DNA of 64,000 bases. Source: Dicyema japonicum. Its lineage: Eukaryota > Animalia > Dicyemida. How positions within the stretch are numbered: position 1 is the stretch's first letter; the number at the start of each line of letters is the position of its first letter. Shown here in pieces: positions 51,721 through 64,000 of this stretch. Below the pieces are notes generated by a model. The model searched no databases, was not told the origin of the DNA, and was given only the letters and a program-made list of their open reading frames with translations. The stretch is from NCBI GenBank assembly GCA_011109175.1, contig RDEW01000046.1, forward strand, positions 77,545-141,544, in the 5' to 3' direction. The translations under genes and the position numbers were made by a program.

Positions 51721-52412
51721 CATGCATGGCCGGCGTCCTTGTAAATAGAGAATTCAGGAAGAGAGTGTATATCCTCTTGACATGGGAGCTACAAGCGATG
51801 ATAAATATGAAGGGAGAGAAAGGTTTGAGATTAGAATAATTAACATCTGTATCAAATTTCTCAGGATTAAAAATCTTAATATGATTGGACATTTTTTAGG
51901 GTTTCATTCCTTTAAAAACCTTCTTACACATAGGACACATAGTAAATAATTGTTATGCACATAGGGTATCACTCCAAACTTTGAGTATTCATCCGAATGT
52001 ATACGTCGTTTAACTTTTTTGTCACACATCTATAAAAATATTAACTTTTTATTAATACTTTTTTTCCACTTTGAAAACATGTTTTCTCTTGGGTTCAGCA
52101 TTGGCGAGTATGGCGGAAAAAATTGAGTCATTTCTATTAGTCGAGAATCTTTCTGCAATTTTATTTGTTTTATGAATTGCTTCGTTGTCACATGTGACTA
52201 AAATATAAAAACTTAATACTCTCAGACCCCTCTTATCGTCTATTCTGTGCTGCAACATACGAGTCAATGATGGCATCTCTTTTTAGGTAGTTTTCCATCT
52301 ATTTTTCTGCTGCATTTCTTATCGACATTACTAACAATTTTCATCTTCATCTAGCTTCTTCTCGTCGAGCCTTTTGTATAGGGCAATCTTGGTCCTTGCT
52401 CTCCTCGATTTT

Positions 52413-53330
52413 TCAGGAAGCTAGATAAAATGCTCTTTGTATGCAGTGTAATACCATCCTTCCAGTCCATAAAGGAGTGATGAAATGATCGTACGTGAAA
52501 AAATAAATAAAAACATATCTGTTTCGAGTCTCAATTTCCTCATACACAATATCGCATGGTGGGCTATCGAGTCTCAATTTCCTCATACACAATATCGCAT
52601 GGTGGGCTATCTTCCTAGATTTCTCAAAAGCTGTTTCGAGATACTTCAGGGAGCTCATACTGTTGATTCCGCATACAGAGTCTTTTCTGAATTCCTTCAC
52701 TATTCCGACCGAAGAACCTCATTGCACTAGATTTTTCTTCTGACAGTTTTAACCCATGAAAACCGCACCAGTCTTTTATCTCTTTCATGTACACATTGAG
52801 TCTCTTCTCTAGATCATGACACATCAGACAGTAGCACGTCGTCTGCGTATATCAGCCATTAGAACATTAAACAATAGACATGAAACGGGCCATTAGAACA
52901 TTAAACAATAGAGGGCTCAAAATTGATCCTTGTAGGACTCCTCTATTCAATAATATCATATTTGAAAAATAGCATCTAACATAGGACTTTCTTCCTTCTA
53001 GGTACACTTTCATCCAATTCACTAGTTCCTTTGGGCTTCCCGTCCGAGATAACTGACCGATTATGGCTCTGTGGTTAACACTGTCAAATGCTTTTGATAT
53101 GTCGAGACATATGACATTCAGGAGACATTTGGATTTTCTGGCTTTGCATAACTCAAAGTTGAGATGAAATAAGCAATCACCGCATGACCGTCCTGGGTGA
53201 AAACCAAATTGATCATTTCTGAAGTAGTCTTCTTTTCCAGCTGATTTGTAAGCCTCCAAAGACAATTTTTTCCATAATTTTTGAAATCATCGGAGCGTAT
53301 GATTCGTGCACGATTCACATTATAGTTCAG
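52413..53330 (-). mobile_element. Jockey/I-like LINE RT fragment with short tandem duplications
   Basis: QFGFHPGRSCGD, CLDISKAFDSV, GVLQGSILSPLLFN, YADD. Confidence 0.85.
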
Positions 53331-53929
53331 ATCCGGGATGGAATTTCCAGTTTCTGTTACTTGACGCGAAAAATCGAGACACTGGCCGCGTAGTCGAATA
53401 GGCTATACTCGCATAAAATAATTTAAATCAATATAAATTTTACAGACATAATATTTTGCCATAAAGCATTTCTAACGATGATAATGATCTAAAAGCTATA
53501 AGATATTACAAACTCTAATAATGCAAATTAAACATTTCCAATTATAATCGAAATCAACATATACTTTACTAAATGTCTTTAGTAAAAAGTAAATTGATTG
53601 TCGTCGTATGTAAGCACGTCCGGAATTTGCCCCCTAACGGGTAGGGGGCTTATTAAATCTAACCTCGTCGACAAAAAATATATTGGTTTCAGGTATAGGT
53701 GAAAGTATATTTATCTGAGCATACAACTCTTTGATTTTTAACATCTACGATATTATTCGTTCAGGTAATATTTTAATTTTTTTAAAAGTATAATTGAATC
53801 CTTTCAGGTGGTAATAAATAGCCTTCCACGATATTTTTAATTCATTTTTGAAATATTTCATTAGAAAGTCTCCAACAAGAAATATCGTATTCTTCATTCA
53901 CTCATTCTCATATTAAGTCAGATATTCAG

Positions 53930-54470
53930 CCGCCTCAAAAGAGCACTTCACAACTCCGTTGATGGCTGCATGCTTCGGGAACCGGCCTCTGCTGAGACAG
54001 CAAGAGAGCGGGTGAAGTCCTTTGCATTCCACATCAGATTCACAACGCATGGATGAGGCTGGTATTGGTCAATCCCCAGATGGATAGAAATCTCACTCCG
54101 AAGGGCGTCCTATAAAAGAAGGGAACCAATTGAGGATGATCGAAACGCGTTCAGATAAGCACCGCTGTGAAGGGAAGAGGCTGCCAGAATGCAAGCCCTA
54201 TGGTGCAAGTCTTCCATTTCCATAAGGGTCGGATGAGTATTTTTGTACAGAATGTTGAGTATTTTTGTACACCCTCTTCCCAGTTCCAACGAATTATCTT
54301 CCTGGAGTGATCGATTGAAAACATTGGTGATCATTTTTTCAAGCTCCTCACGGGCATGTTTTAAAAGTTCTGCTGGGATATTGTCTGGTCCGGTGTTCAA
54401 TTTTTTAATTGTTTGAAATTTTTCCAAATGCTTTTTGGGTGCAATAGAGTGGATTTGTCAGGTTTTATGG
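53930..54470 (-). mobile_element. Chimera: RTE linker fragment joined in frame to a CRE C-terminal fragment
   Basis: ORF 54110-54427 begins KKLNTGPDNIPAELLK (RTE) and ends RACILAASSLHSGAYLNA (CRE); downstream RGRFPKHAAIN. Confidence 0.65.
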
Positions 54471-54929
54471 TTTCATTGTGTAGTCAGTGTCCATGAAAAT
54501 AGAAGATCAAAGTGCGATGCTACGATATTAGCTTTATTAAGTCACCAATGACTTCAAAACGCAAGGAATCCGTTTAAATCGTAATAGTTAAGACTGATCT
54601 AATGCAGAATAGTTAAAAAACTATTGTTCTTAATGATTGTAGTTGTTGCGCTTTTCTAACATTCAACTGAACTAATTATATACGGAGTCGTAATTTTCAA
54701 AATAGCACTTTAATACAGCAAACCAACTACTACATCTAAAAATAATCCATTTGGTAGAAACATCTGGAAAACATCCGATAACCCAAAAAGATATCTTATA
54801 GATTTATTCTTTGTTGTGGCAATTTTAAATTTCTTTGATGAATCAACTATTTTATTGTATAGGAACAAAACAGTCTATCATTCTGAATTTAGAATTCGTC
54901 TTTGAATTGCAGAGCATGTTGATTGGTGT

Positions 54930-55560
54930 TCTTCATATCAAAAACGTTTTTCTTATTCCATATTGACGGCAGAGATGTAGGTGTAAACATCTGATCACTT
55001 CATTATGCTGCCTGAGATATGAGGTATTCAACATTCTCCCACACCTAGTTGCTAGGTGATCGACGGTCTTCTTTGCTGAGTTACAATGTCGCACTTATCT
55101 CTGTTATCAAAAAATGTTACGATCCTGGAGTAGACACAGCCTTCTCTCTGTTATAGGGGAGTGATTTCCATGCACTACCCATCCAGAGGATTCAGCAATA
55201 TTCACTTCTGTGTCTTTTAAACACTGAAATAAAATAGAGTGCAGCGGTTTCTTCTCAATTTTTCCCAATAGATATGCTGTATTTCCATCAATTTCGACAA
55301 GTCCTTCACATTTTCAATGTTGTACTTTCGGGAAATGAATTCTACGATAGTGGGCATGTGTGTTTTCTTTGAATTAATTACCCGTAGTGTTCCCGCTCTT
55401 CTTAGGGAATAATTTTCCTTATGTTCCAATTACCATAAAATTGGAGGAGCATTCGTTCTGCTTTGCTACTGACAGTCTCGAGGCCTCTTCCAAATTTATT
55501 TCTTGGTAGATAAAGTCTTTCTTTGTTTGCCAATTAAAGTTTAGCCGTATCTTTTATTTC
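54930..55560 (-). mobile_element. R4-like RLE retrotransposon fragment
   Basis: VDHLATRCGRMLNTSYLRQHNEVIRCLHLHLCRQYG. Confidence 0.75.
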
Positions 55561-55639
55561 GTGACAAGTTTCTAAATAAACTTGAAAATTCATCATGAAG
55601 ACCAGAATTTTATTAAATTAATTAAAATTATTCCAAAGA

Positions 55640-55840
55640 CCAAGGGTGACTAAACTGACTAAATCCTTGATCCTGACTCGTTCCAGCGGTCCAGAACTTG
55701 TCTCCAGGTAACTACATTGTCCCCCGGGGAATAGTTGGGTCCTCTTGATGTTGGCCGGGCATTGAGCGTATTCTCAGTAAGGTATATCCATCGGAGGGAA
55801 AAAAAATAATTTCTGATTGATTCTATTGGAAGAAGCCACT
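55640..55840 (-). repeat. Dispersed repeat, degenerate copy C of the pseudoknot-motif family
   Basis: GGGGACAATGTAGTTACCTGGAGACAAGTTCTGG...GAGTCAGGATC shared with 39700-39770. Confidence 0.6.
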
Positions 55841-55850
55841 TCACTCTATT

Positions 55851-56110
55851 TTGTTTAACAGTTACGGAGATGCTAACGTTGATCTGGAGGGATCTTCGGA
55901 GTGGTTAACCAGTGGAAATAATAGCCCAAGATTGGAGGGCATGTATTGTTTGCTTCAGGACAGGAACTTGTTTTTTGATACCAATGATTTAGTTTGTAAT
56001 CATTACAAGACTAAGAAATCAGTTGATCATTTACACGTTGTAGCAGAATACTCAATAGTGATAAAGAGAATGGGTGTGTGTAACCGTGTAAAAAACCAAG
56101 AATCACTCCT
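55851..56110 (+). mobile_element. R4-like RLE retrotransposon fragment
   Basis: SEWLTSGNNSPRLEGMYCLLQDRNLFF...KSVDHL. Confidence 0.7.
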
Positions 56111-56684
56111 AAAAACCCAATCTACCCTAAAAACACAGAGCTATTCATACTAAAGTTCAGAAATTAATACCTTCGGCAAAATGAGACAACAAAAAACTAA
56201 ATTCCTCTTATTTGCTACAGTTTTTATTAATCAGATATTTCTTCCAAATGATCAATCCTTAAGAAAGAACAATCCACGTGGCTAATTTTATTAATTAGAA
56301 ATCGCTAAGTCAATAAAATTTATTATAATCAAAAAATTGGTGAGAAAAATGAGACGCATTATAACAGTCCAGTTTCTGTTCCTCTATATAAAAGTAGAGC
56401 TCTTCTAGGGGACAGAAGGTGTAATGAATGTAAGGATTTGGCTCATAGTATTCTCCAAGGTAGGGACAGTAGTCATTGAAACCTTTTCAATGACTTTCCT
56501 GATTGAATGCGGCATAACAGATGACACGTTAGTATTTTATTCAAAAACTCGAAAAATTAATAAATAAAAAAAATAAAAATCAATAAAATTTTTGACTTCA
56601 TTGACCAAAAAATTAAATTTTGACCTTTTTTGACATTACCCAAAATTTTGAATTTTGATTTTATAACTTTTGATTTATATAGTA

Positions 56685-56712
56685 CACTAGCTTGCAGCTC
56701 GCTTTGCTCCTG
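56685..56712 (-). mobile_element. Probable Helitron 3' terminus (GC-rich element then CTAG)
   Basis: Minus strand reads GAGCAAAGCGAGCTGCAAGCTAGT; same orientation as the helicase at 59070-59690. Confidence 0.4.
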
Positions 56713-56874
56713 TGGAGATCAGTTTTTTCCTTAGTGAATTATATTTAACGAATTAAACTATTTTTTTTTAAAAAACAAATTTTTATATTATAATAACAAT
56801 AATAATAGTAGCGGCCTTTTCACGAGAGCCATAATATTTATAGCTCCGCATAGGCAGGACACATACTTTCTTAT

Positions 56875-58700
56875 AATGACGAGGAGTACCTTCCTTTCCC
56901 GGACAGAAAAATCAAACAAAAACTCTCAATGACGAAATATCTAAAAGGATTAGAAAAACAGAAGCAAACAGATTGGACAAACTAGTATCTTCCATTTCAT
57001 TTCAGAAATCTGCTCAGAAGCTATGGAGAGAAATTAAACAACTTGGTCCAAAAGGAAATTTTAAAAGACAACAGACGGATCAGCACAGTCTTAACACGCT
57101 CATGAAATATTACGCCAATATAAGCCACAAACCTTTCAGGAAAATAGATGGCCTTCTTTATCCTCAATAAGACCGAGGAGAACACAGCCGATTAATTTTA
57201 TCTCTCATTCAGATGTCAGTGAGGGTTTGAAGAGGATGAATTCTTCCCTTTCATGTGGGCCAGATTCTATCCCTGGTATTTTACTAAAACACCTTGGACT
57301 TATTGCGATTGATGCAATCACAGTGATTTTCAACTATTCAATAAACATGAATACAATTCCAACTATCTGGAAATTGTCTTATATACGCCCAATTCTTAAG
57401 CCTGGCAAGCCTAAAAACAATCCTGCATCATTTTGACCAATCTCTTTACTATGCACCTTATCAAAGTTATTGGAAAAATTGATTCTTAACCTTATAACCC
57501 CGTTCCTCCCTTTTTCGTCCTCACAACATGGATTTAGAAGGGGTCATTCAACTTCCACCCACCTAACTTCCCTCAACCAATTTATCATTGAAGGCTTTAA
57601 CACAAATCCTCGTCACCTCAAAAAAGTCGTCTGCTCGATCGATTTACGAAAGCCCTTCGACTCTGTCTCAAGGAAAATCCTAACCTGGAAATTGTTTGGC
57701 CTCCCTGTCAACCCCAATATAAAACTTTGGCTTGCTAACTTCATTAATGGAAGAAGGGCTCAAGTATACATGGATCGGACCAAATCAATTTCAAGATTAC
57801 TACCTAATGGTATCCCACAAGGTTCCTTTTTATCACTCGCCTTATGTAACTCATACATGTTGTATTTACCGCAACCCGATAATAAAGACGATTTCATCCT
57901 ATCATATACAGATGACCTATTAATCGGATCTCGCGATCAAGATATCCCAAAGGCATCAGATAGACTACAAGAATACCTTCACAAGATTCAAATTTGGCTA
58001 AATTATAACCGGCTTGATATATCTACTGAAAAATCTTCTTCGTCTTTATTTACCTCAGACAAACGACTTGGACAAATGACAGTGGATATATTTATCAACC
58101 AGACAAAAATACCTTTCACGAAGAAACTGAAAATCTTGGGGATCACCTTCGACACACACATGTCCTTTTCATCTCACGTCGACGCTGTCTCTGGAAGCTG
58201 CTCAAGAAAGCTAGGATAATCAAAACTATTTTAAAACCCCTTTCCCAGCTTTGAAATTTTTGTACAAACAATTCATTGAGCCATCTGTCAGCTATGCGTG
58301 TATGTCATGGGGAATCAATCTGTCCTGGACGAAAGAACAAAGAATTCGGGACATTCAGGCCTTAACAGCCACTACTATTAGTAATCTCGGGAAACTAGAA
58401 AAACTAATACCCTCATCACTTGAAGACCTTATCCGACAAAATGGAAAGGGATTTGCTACCCTGTGCAAGCAGTGCAACTCTCAACAATACACAGCCACGA
58501 TGTGTCTTATGAGAAGGGTATACATCACCCCTCTCCAATTCTTATTCCCGAAACCACCCCGCCCACAGAGAAGTTGTGATGGATCCCAGAAGGCGCACGA
58601 GGAAAAAATGAGAATTCTGATTGAGGCCTTCGAGATCACTTAATTAATTTAGTAATTAAATTAACTATTGGTGTTCTTGGGTTAATAATAATAATAATAA
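56875..58700 (+). mobile_element. 5'-truncated Ingi/I-like LINE with (TAA)n tail, bracketed by a 53-bp perfect direct repeat
   Basis: GPDSIPGILLK, QHGFRRGHST, DLRKPFD, NGIPQGS, YTDD; 3' end CGAGATCACTTA...GGTGTTCTTGG shared with ~35280-35330. Confidence 0.88.
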
Positions 58701-59015
58701 CGGCCTTTTCACGAGAGCCATAATATTTATAGCTCCGCATAGGCAGGACACACACTTTATTTAAGTAAAGAACAGTTAATTTTAACTAATCGTTGAACCA
58801 AGGAATGATCTTCACTTCTTTTTTTCTTTTTCTTGTGTGTGGGTCCTTTCTAGACAATCCAGTTCCGCAGTGAGTATCCACTGATGATGGCGTCACTCGT
58901 CAAACCTTTTCTGCATCGTAGATGCGTGGAACCTTCCACCAGGTGAACAGCAGCGAGAATCGAACCCGTAACCTAAGCCACTTTAGCCCGACACCTAACC
59001 ATTATGCCACCCAGC
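58683..59015 (-). mobile_element. Full-length tRNA-derived SINE (~330 bp, (TTA)n tail)
   Basis: Head GCTGGGTGGCATAATGGTT (A box) ... GGTTCGATTCT (B box); body homologous to 13265-13480, 27300-27615 and 39935-40030. Confidence 0.8.
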
Positions 59016-59069
59016 TTGAAGAGGTCGAATCATCCTGATTGTTATATATAGTAAAAATTACCAAATATC

Positions 59070-59690
59070 TTATTGTAATGCTTGTTGATATACTACACTT
59101 CTTGTACAACCGTTTTTTGTTAATATGAATAGGTTTTCTCGTTCACCTATCCTAGAACAACCTACATATAACGGTCCATGTGCAAAACATTCACTTGCTA
59201 GAGATAAACCTACTACTTTAAGAGTTTGTCTCTGTGATTTGTTGATTGTCATTGCGAAACTCAACTTCAATGGAAATTGTAGTCTCTTAAATCTAAATGG
59301 TAATTCATCCGAAATTATTGGAATTCTTGGAATATAAAAGTCTTCTCCTTTATTTCGCCCGTTAATATCGTTGCTTCTATAATATTAGACATCAAATTTT
59401 TTACTACCAATCTTGTACCATTACATAACCTTGGAGATTTTAGATTTCGTGATAGAACAATTGGAGCTCCTACTTTTAATGTTAAAGTATGATGAGGCAT
59501 CCATAACGGTTCTAAAGAATTTAGAAATTCCACAGGATATTCACATGCTGATTCTTGATCCATAATTACATCAACAGATTTATAAATACGTTCCAACCCG
59601 GGTAAATTAATAAGTATGTCTAAGTTAATATTTTGTACTTTATCATTTAGTGGTGCTAGTGTAGCTCTTCCCGAAGCCAGTCGAAACACA
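59070..59690 (-). mobile_element. Helitron PIF1 helicase C-terminal fragment (frameshifted)
   Basis: EYPVEFLNSL, LKVGAPIVL...LCNGTRL, RLQFPLKLSFAMTINKSQ, HGPLYVGCSR, VVYQQAL. Confidence 0.92.
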
Positions 59691-59929
59691 TGTAGTTTTC
59701 CTGTAGATCTGGATACACAAAAGTCAATAAATTTTCTGAGCTGTGTACATTTATAAATAATTCTTCAGGAAGTTGTACCTTTAAATCTTCTGAATTTTTT
59801 CGAGTGCTCCATTCGCAACAATTAAAAGTACCTTAGCAAAGGTATTCGTTTCTGACTTGTTTTGTGCACGAATATTTACATATAAACTTACCTTTTAAAT
59901 TTCAATTTTTTTCAGAAACAGATCAAAGT

Positions 59930-60575
59930 AAGAGGTCGAATAATCCTATTTTGTAATGAATCTCTTTTTTTTAAACTCTTTTTAGAATTTTAATTTTCTA
60001 AGGGACCAATCTCTTTAAGAGGTCGAATCATCCTATTTTGCAATGAATCTCTTTTTTTTAAAACTCTTTTTACAATTTTAATTTTCTAAGGGACCAATCT
60101 CTTGAAGAGGTCGAATCATCCTATTTTGCAATGAATCTCTTTTTTTAGCTCTTTTTAGAATTTTAATTTTCTAAGGGACCGATCTCTTGAAGAAGTCGAC
60201 TCATCTTTTTTTCAAGTGAATCTCTTTTTTTAGCTCTTTTTATAATTTTAATTTTCTAAGGGACCGATCTCTTGAAGAAGTCGACTCATCTTTTTTTGAA
60301 GTGAATCTCTTTTTTAGCTCTTTTTATAATTTTAATTTTCTAAGGGACCGATCTCTTGAAGAGGTCGACTCATCTTTTTTGCAATGAATCTCTNNNNNNC
60401 GAATCATCTTATTTTTATGTGAATCTCTTTTTAACTCTTTTTTACAATTTTAATTTTCTAAGGGACCGATCTCTTGAAGAGGTCGAATCATCTTATTTTG
60501 CAATGAATCTCTTTTTTTAACTCTTTTTAGAATTTTAATTTTCTAAGGGACCGATCTCTTGAAGAGGTCGATTTT
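59930..60575. repeat. Tandem array, ~84-88 bp unit, at least 8 copies (small gap inside)
   Basis: AAGA(G/A)GTCGA starts at 59930, 60017, 60105, 60190, 60275, 60359, 60477, 60562. Confidence 0.92.
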
Positions 60576-60669
60576 ATTTTGCAATTATCTCCGATCTTAT
60601 TTTGCAATTATCTTAGGCATATCCTTTTTTAGCTATATAAGTGCGCACGCATAATAGGTTAAAGACCTC

Positions 60670-60850
60670 AATTACTTGCAGTTGTGGAAACCCCTCCAGT
60701 GGAGTAAAGGAGAGCTAATGATCCTTTAATGTGTCAGAGACAAGTGGATCACATGGCGCCACTCTAGTAGGAAAAGAAAGAGAAGGAACAGACAAAACAA
60801 ACAGAAAACTTAATCCAATTAGCCACTTAGTATCACATTGCGCGACGCGG
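60670..60850 (-). repeat. Dispersed repeat copy D of the pseudoknot-motif family (internal deletion)
   Basis: CTTGCAGTTGTGGAAACCCCTCCAGTGGAGT...TGATCC...CACATGGCGCCACTC nearly colinear with 4530-4730. Confidence 0.7.
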
Positions 60851-61711
60851 AGATTCAAAAATCTCCTCTTGAATAGTTTAAATCTACTGTGAATAGTTCA
60901 AATCTAATCTCTCAAAGAACTCTCTGGCACAAATCATCTGTTAGTTTATTTTTGAATTAATAATAATTAATTTTTTAATTTAATTTAAATTACTTATCAT
61001 GGCCCTGACAAAGTATCTTCAATTCATCTAAAACAACTGCACTATCCAACTTTATTATTGTCCTGCCTGTTCAAAGAAATTTATGCTTCCGGATAGCATC
61101 CAGACATCTAAAAATCATCTCAACTACCAGATGTTTAGCGACAGACAGATTGTCCGCGAGTGGGAGAAAGTTATACTCGGATAGAAGGCTGACTCACACT
61201 GGGGCTCAATCCTATATACGAACAATGTAAAAATATTATGTGCCACTTGGATTCCGTCATGGCTTTTGGAAAACATGTAATTCCCACGTCACAACAAAGA
61301 AGTACTTTTATAAAAATTACTATTTTCTTGTTGTCCTACTAATTGCATAAAATTTTGCTGAAAAGGTAAGAATTTTAAGCCAAATCTTTGGTTATACTTA
61401 ATAAAATAAAGAAACAGTCAGCTGAGGGTCCATACAGCGGCCACTGACTGCGTGGGTACTCCCTCTCAGGAGGGCGAGTGAGATCCGCTCAAATAGCAAC
61501 GCTCACGGGGATCTCACGTGTAGAAATCCGGATGCTTCAACCGCGAAAAAATCAAAAGTAATATTTTAATATTCAGAAAACAATACAAAGAAATAAAACA
61601 ATAAAATTACGAGAAATTAAACTATAAAAATGTGGTTTAGCCTATCCTTGAATTTAAAATAATTAATATTACTATAAATGCTATAAATTACAAATTTTAG
61701 CAAAAACGGAA

Positions 61712-63283
61712 ATGAATCCAGGGACCAGTAAGAGAAGCTATAACGTTAAGATAAAATTTCATCACGAGGGCGAATCATAGTTGGATTTGGGACATTTTGG
61801 TGTCTTGCAATAGTATATATGCAAAGACTCAACGTGAATGTGATAATTCCTCAAATTATAACAATAAGCGAACCTGAACCTGGGGTATATTTTATATTAA
61901 AATACAGAAAGTTGAATGGACTCAATTTCAGAAATCTTTTGGTTTAATGTGCTTTTACGCCGGATATTGCTTAACTCAAGTAATTGGTGGAGTCTCGGCA
62001 GAGAGGTTTGGATCGAAAATTACTCTCTTTGTCAATATTCTCGTTTCAACTATTTTGTGTTTTATAACTCCTTCTATAATGTTGAAGAGTTACTATGGTT
62101 TTGTTGCCATTCGAATAATAATGGGAGCAGCTCAGGTATAGCAATATTCCCAGTTTAGGCCTCATTCTTTCCCTGTTTCACAGTCATCATCGCAAATTGG
62201 TATCCTGCTGAAATTCGGGGATCTGCTATTGGTACGATATTTCCTGGTATTTGGCACATTTTATTCAAGGTACTTATTTTGGAAATATCCTCGCATATAG
62301 TGTTACTTCAGGACTGCATATAACCAGAGTTTATGGCCCGTGTCATTTTATATATTTGGTGATGAATATTTATTAAATTTAGGCGTAATTGGAGTAATTT
62401 GGCTGATTTTGTGGGCAATATTCATGACCGATGACCCAAAGAATAATAGATGGATCACTGATGAGGAAAAGGAATATCTATCTCGAATCGCTGAACGAGA
62501 ACAAGTCACTGATTTCAAAGTACTCTTTCTTTTAATTTAGAAAATTCCTTGGAAAAAAATGTTAACTTCTCCCCCTTTGATTGCGGAGGTAATGGTACAT
62601 TTTTCGGCCAATTGGAGTGCTTTCCTTCTTGTAACCATAATCCCATCTATGTTGAAGGATTTGTACTATATTCCTGTTAAAAATGTATTACATTCGCTAT
62701 ATTCCAGCAAACTTATATCACATTTCTTGCCCCCATAGTTACCTGGGTCGGGGGATTTGGTTCGTGTCTTTTATCGGATTATTTTTTGATAAAGAGAAAG
62801 GCTCAGAAAACATTAGTAAGAAAGATATTTTGCCTATTTGGTAAGCAAATCAATCCTCATTGTAGCACTTATCCCGTTGGGATATTATTACTTCTGGCTA
62901 CTCTGATACCAAAAAATTTACCAGTTATCGGAGTTATATTAGTGTTGATTGCATGTGTGTTCACTGGGGTATATATTTCTGTCTCCATGCCAAACATAGG
63001 GGATATTGCTCCTCAATATTACGGAATCATTGCTGGTATTTCTAATACTCTCGGGGCTCTCGGTGGAGTGGTGGCCATTCAGACATCGTACACCTTCGTA
63101 TCAGACACTGTAAATGATAATTTTACATTTTAGCATCAACCACGAGAATGGCAATATGTATTTACGCTAATGTTGGCCATTGAAATACTTGGACTACTCA
63201 CATTCACCTTTTTTGCCAAGACTGATATTCAACCGTGGGCTGTTCAAAAAAGAGACAGTGATCAAACAAATTATCAACTTTAA
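61712..63283 (+). CDS. SLC17 family transporter, copy 2 (inverted paralog); two 1-nt deletions (~62316, ~62874) make it a pseudogene or sequencing error
   Basis: Near-identical to the reverse complement of 22663-24538; ggactgcata versus ggactggcata, and atcccgtt versus atccccgtt. Confidence 0.85.
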
Positions 63284-64000
63284 ACTAATTTATTAATTTT
63301 TAATCGATGTAGGATTTGGCAAAAATAAATAATCTATTTAAAAACAACAATCATACATAATTAATGCGCAAGTCCTCATGTCTAGGCATTCTAACAACCG
63401 TTTTTATTTAATTTGACAACATTAACTATTTTTAGAGACTCCAAGCAGAATAGTGGTTAGTGTTGTTCAAGTCGCGATTAGCTGTGGTTCAATTCACATC
63501 GCTACCTACTTGGTCGGTAGATTCCTTTGCTCCGTGTCTTCTCTAAATTCAAGAAGAGACCGTTTGGGAACTATTCCACGTTCCGCCAAAGTTAGTGTTG
63601 TGGTATATGACTACTTGGATTGAAGATTATTTGTTTGTTTCTTCTGTTCAACCTTCTTCCCCATTGGCTTCAGCGAGTTTGAATTGTTAATGTGCGTCAT
63701 GTGGTTCACTATCTCTGGTGGCGCCAGATATATTATTAAATTATATCCAAAAAGGGCTCAAGTTTAAGTGATTGAAATTCGACTAAAATAAGCTTAAATC
63801 GAAAATTCATTAAAGGTTTTGCTTACTCACAACTCCCAAACACTAAGTAACTTTGCTCCATTGTTAATTTTTTAGAATTTATTTTATTGTTTTGTAATAC
63901 ATAAAAATACAACAGCCATAATTACCCTACTTTATTTAACCAACAATAAAAAGTTAATATTTAACAATCAACAACCTTCCTCGTCTTCTCATTTGATTTC

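Noticed and set aside
52527-52613. Short tandem duplications (43 bp here; ~95 bp at 10902-11090; ~94 bp at 33255-33440)
   Set aside because: Lie inside dead retroelements; slippage or gap-filling artefacts with no functional signal
58870-58935. Hammerhead ribozyme (CTGATGA core antisense to the SINE)
   Set aside because: No GAAA after stem II and no correctly placed stem I/NUH
59930-60575. CRISPR-like array (palindromic repeat units)
   Set aside because: The intervening sequences are near-identical rather than unique spacers, there are no cas genes, and the context is eukaryotic; this is a tandem satellite
61060-61190. C2H2-like CPACSKKF motif
   Set aside because: Short, closed by stops, with no supportable gene model

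Overview
AT-rich eukaryotic (animal) DNA with assembly gaps. The extreme density of 21-30 nt GT-AG introns suggests a genome-reduced parasite such as a myxozoan or dicyemid (inference; not identifiable from sequence alone). Host genes reconstructed by hand-splicing: LIPT1 lipoyltransferase, RPSA, SAMHD1-like HD dNTPase (10 micro-introns), an SLC17/sialin-like transporter present twice as an inverted duplication ~37 kb apart, DNAJC2/MPP11, the 3' end of a Thr-rich chitin-binding (CBM14) protein, and a 4-exon orphan gene. Most of the rest is decayed, nested mobile DNA: RTE, Jockey/I-like and Ingi-like APE LINEs, CRE and R4-like RLE retrotransposons, a tRNA-derived SINE family, MULE, hAT, pogo/Tigger and Helitron fragments, and an ~85-bp tandem array. 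Most interesting: (1) a dispersed non-coding repeat family whose diverged copies keep an HDV-ribozyme-like nested pseudoknot with compensatory changes; (2) a 54-bp CRE retrotransposon piece fused exactly at the ATG of one SLC17 paralog; (3) a 2A-like DVxxNPGP motif before a LINE endonuclease; (4) R4-like elements resembling microsporidian retroelements; (5) single-base homopolymer deletions in DNAJC2 and SLC17 copy 2, probably sequencing error. Repeat boundaries are approximate.
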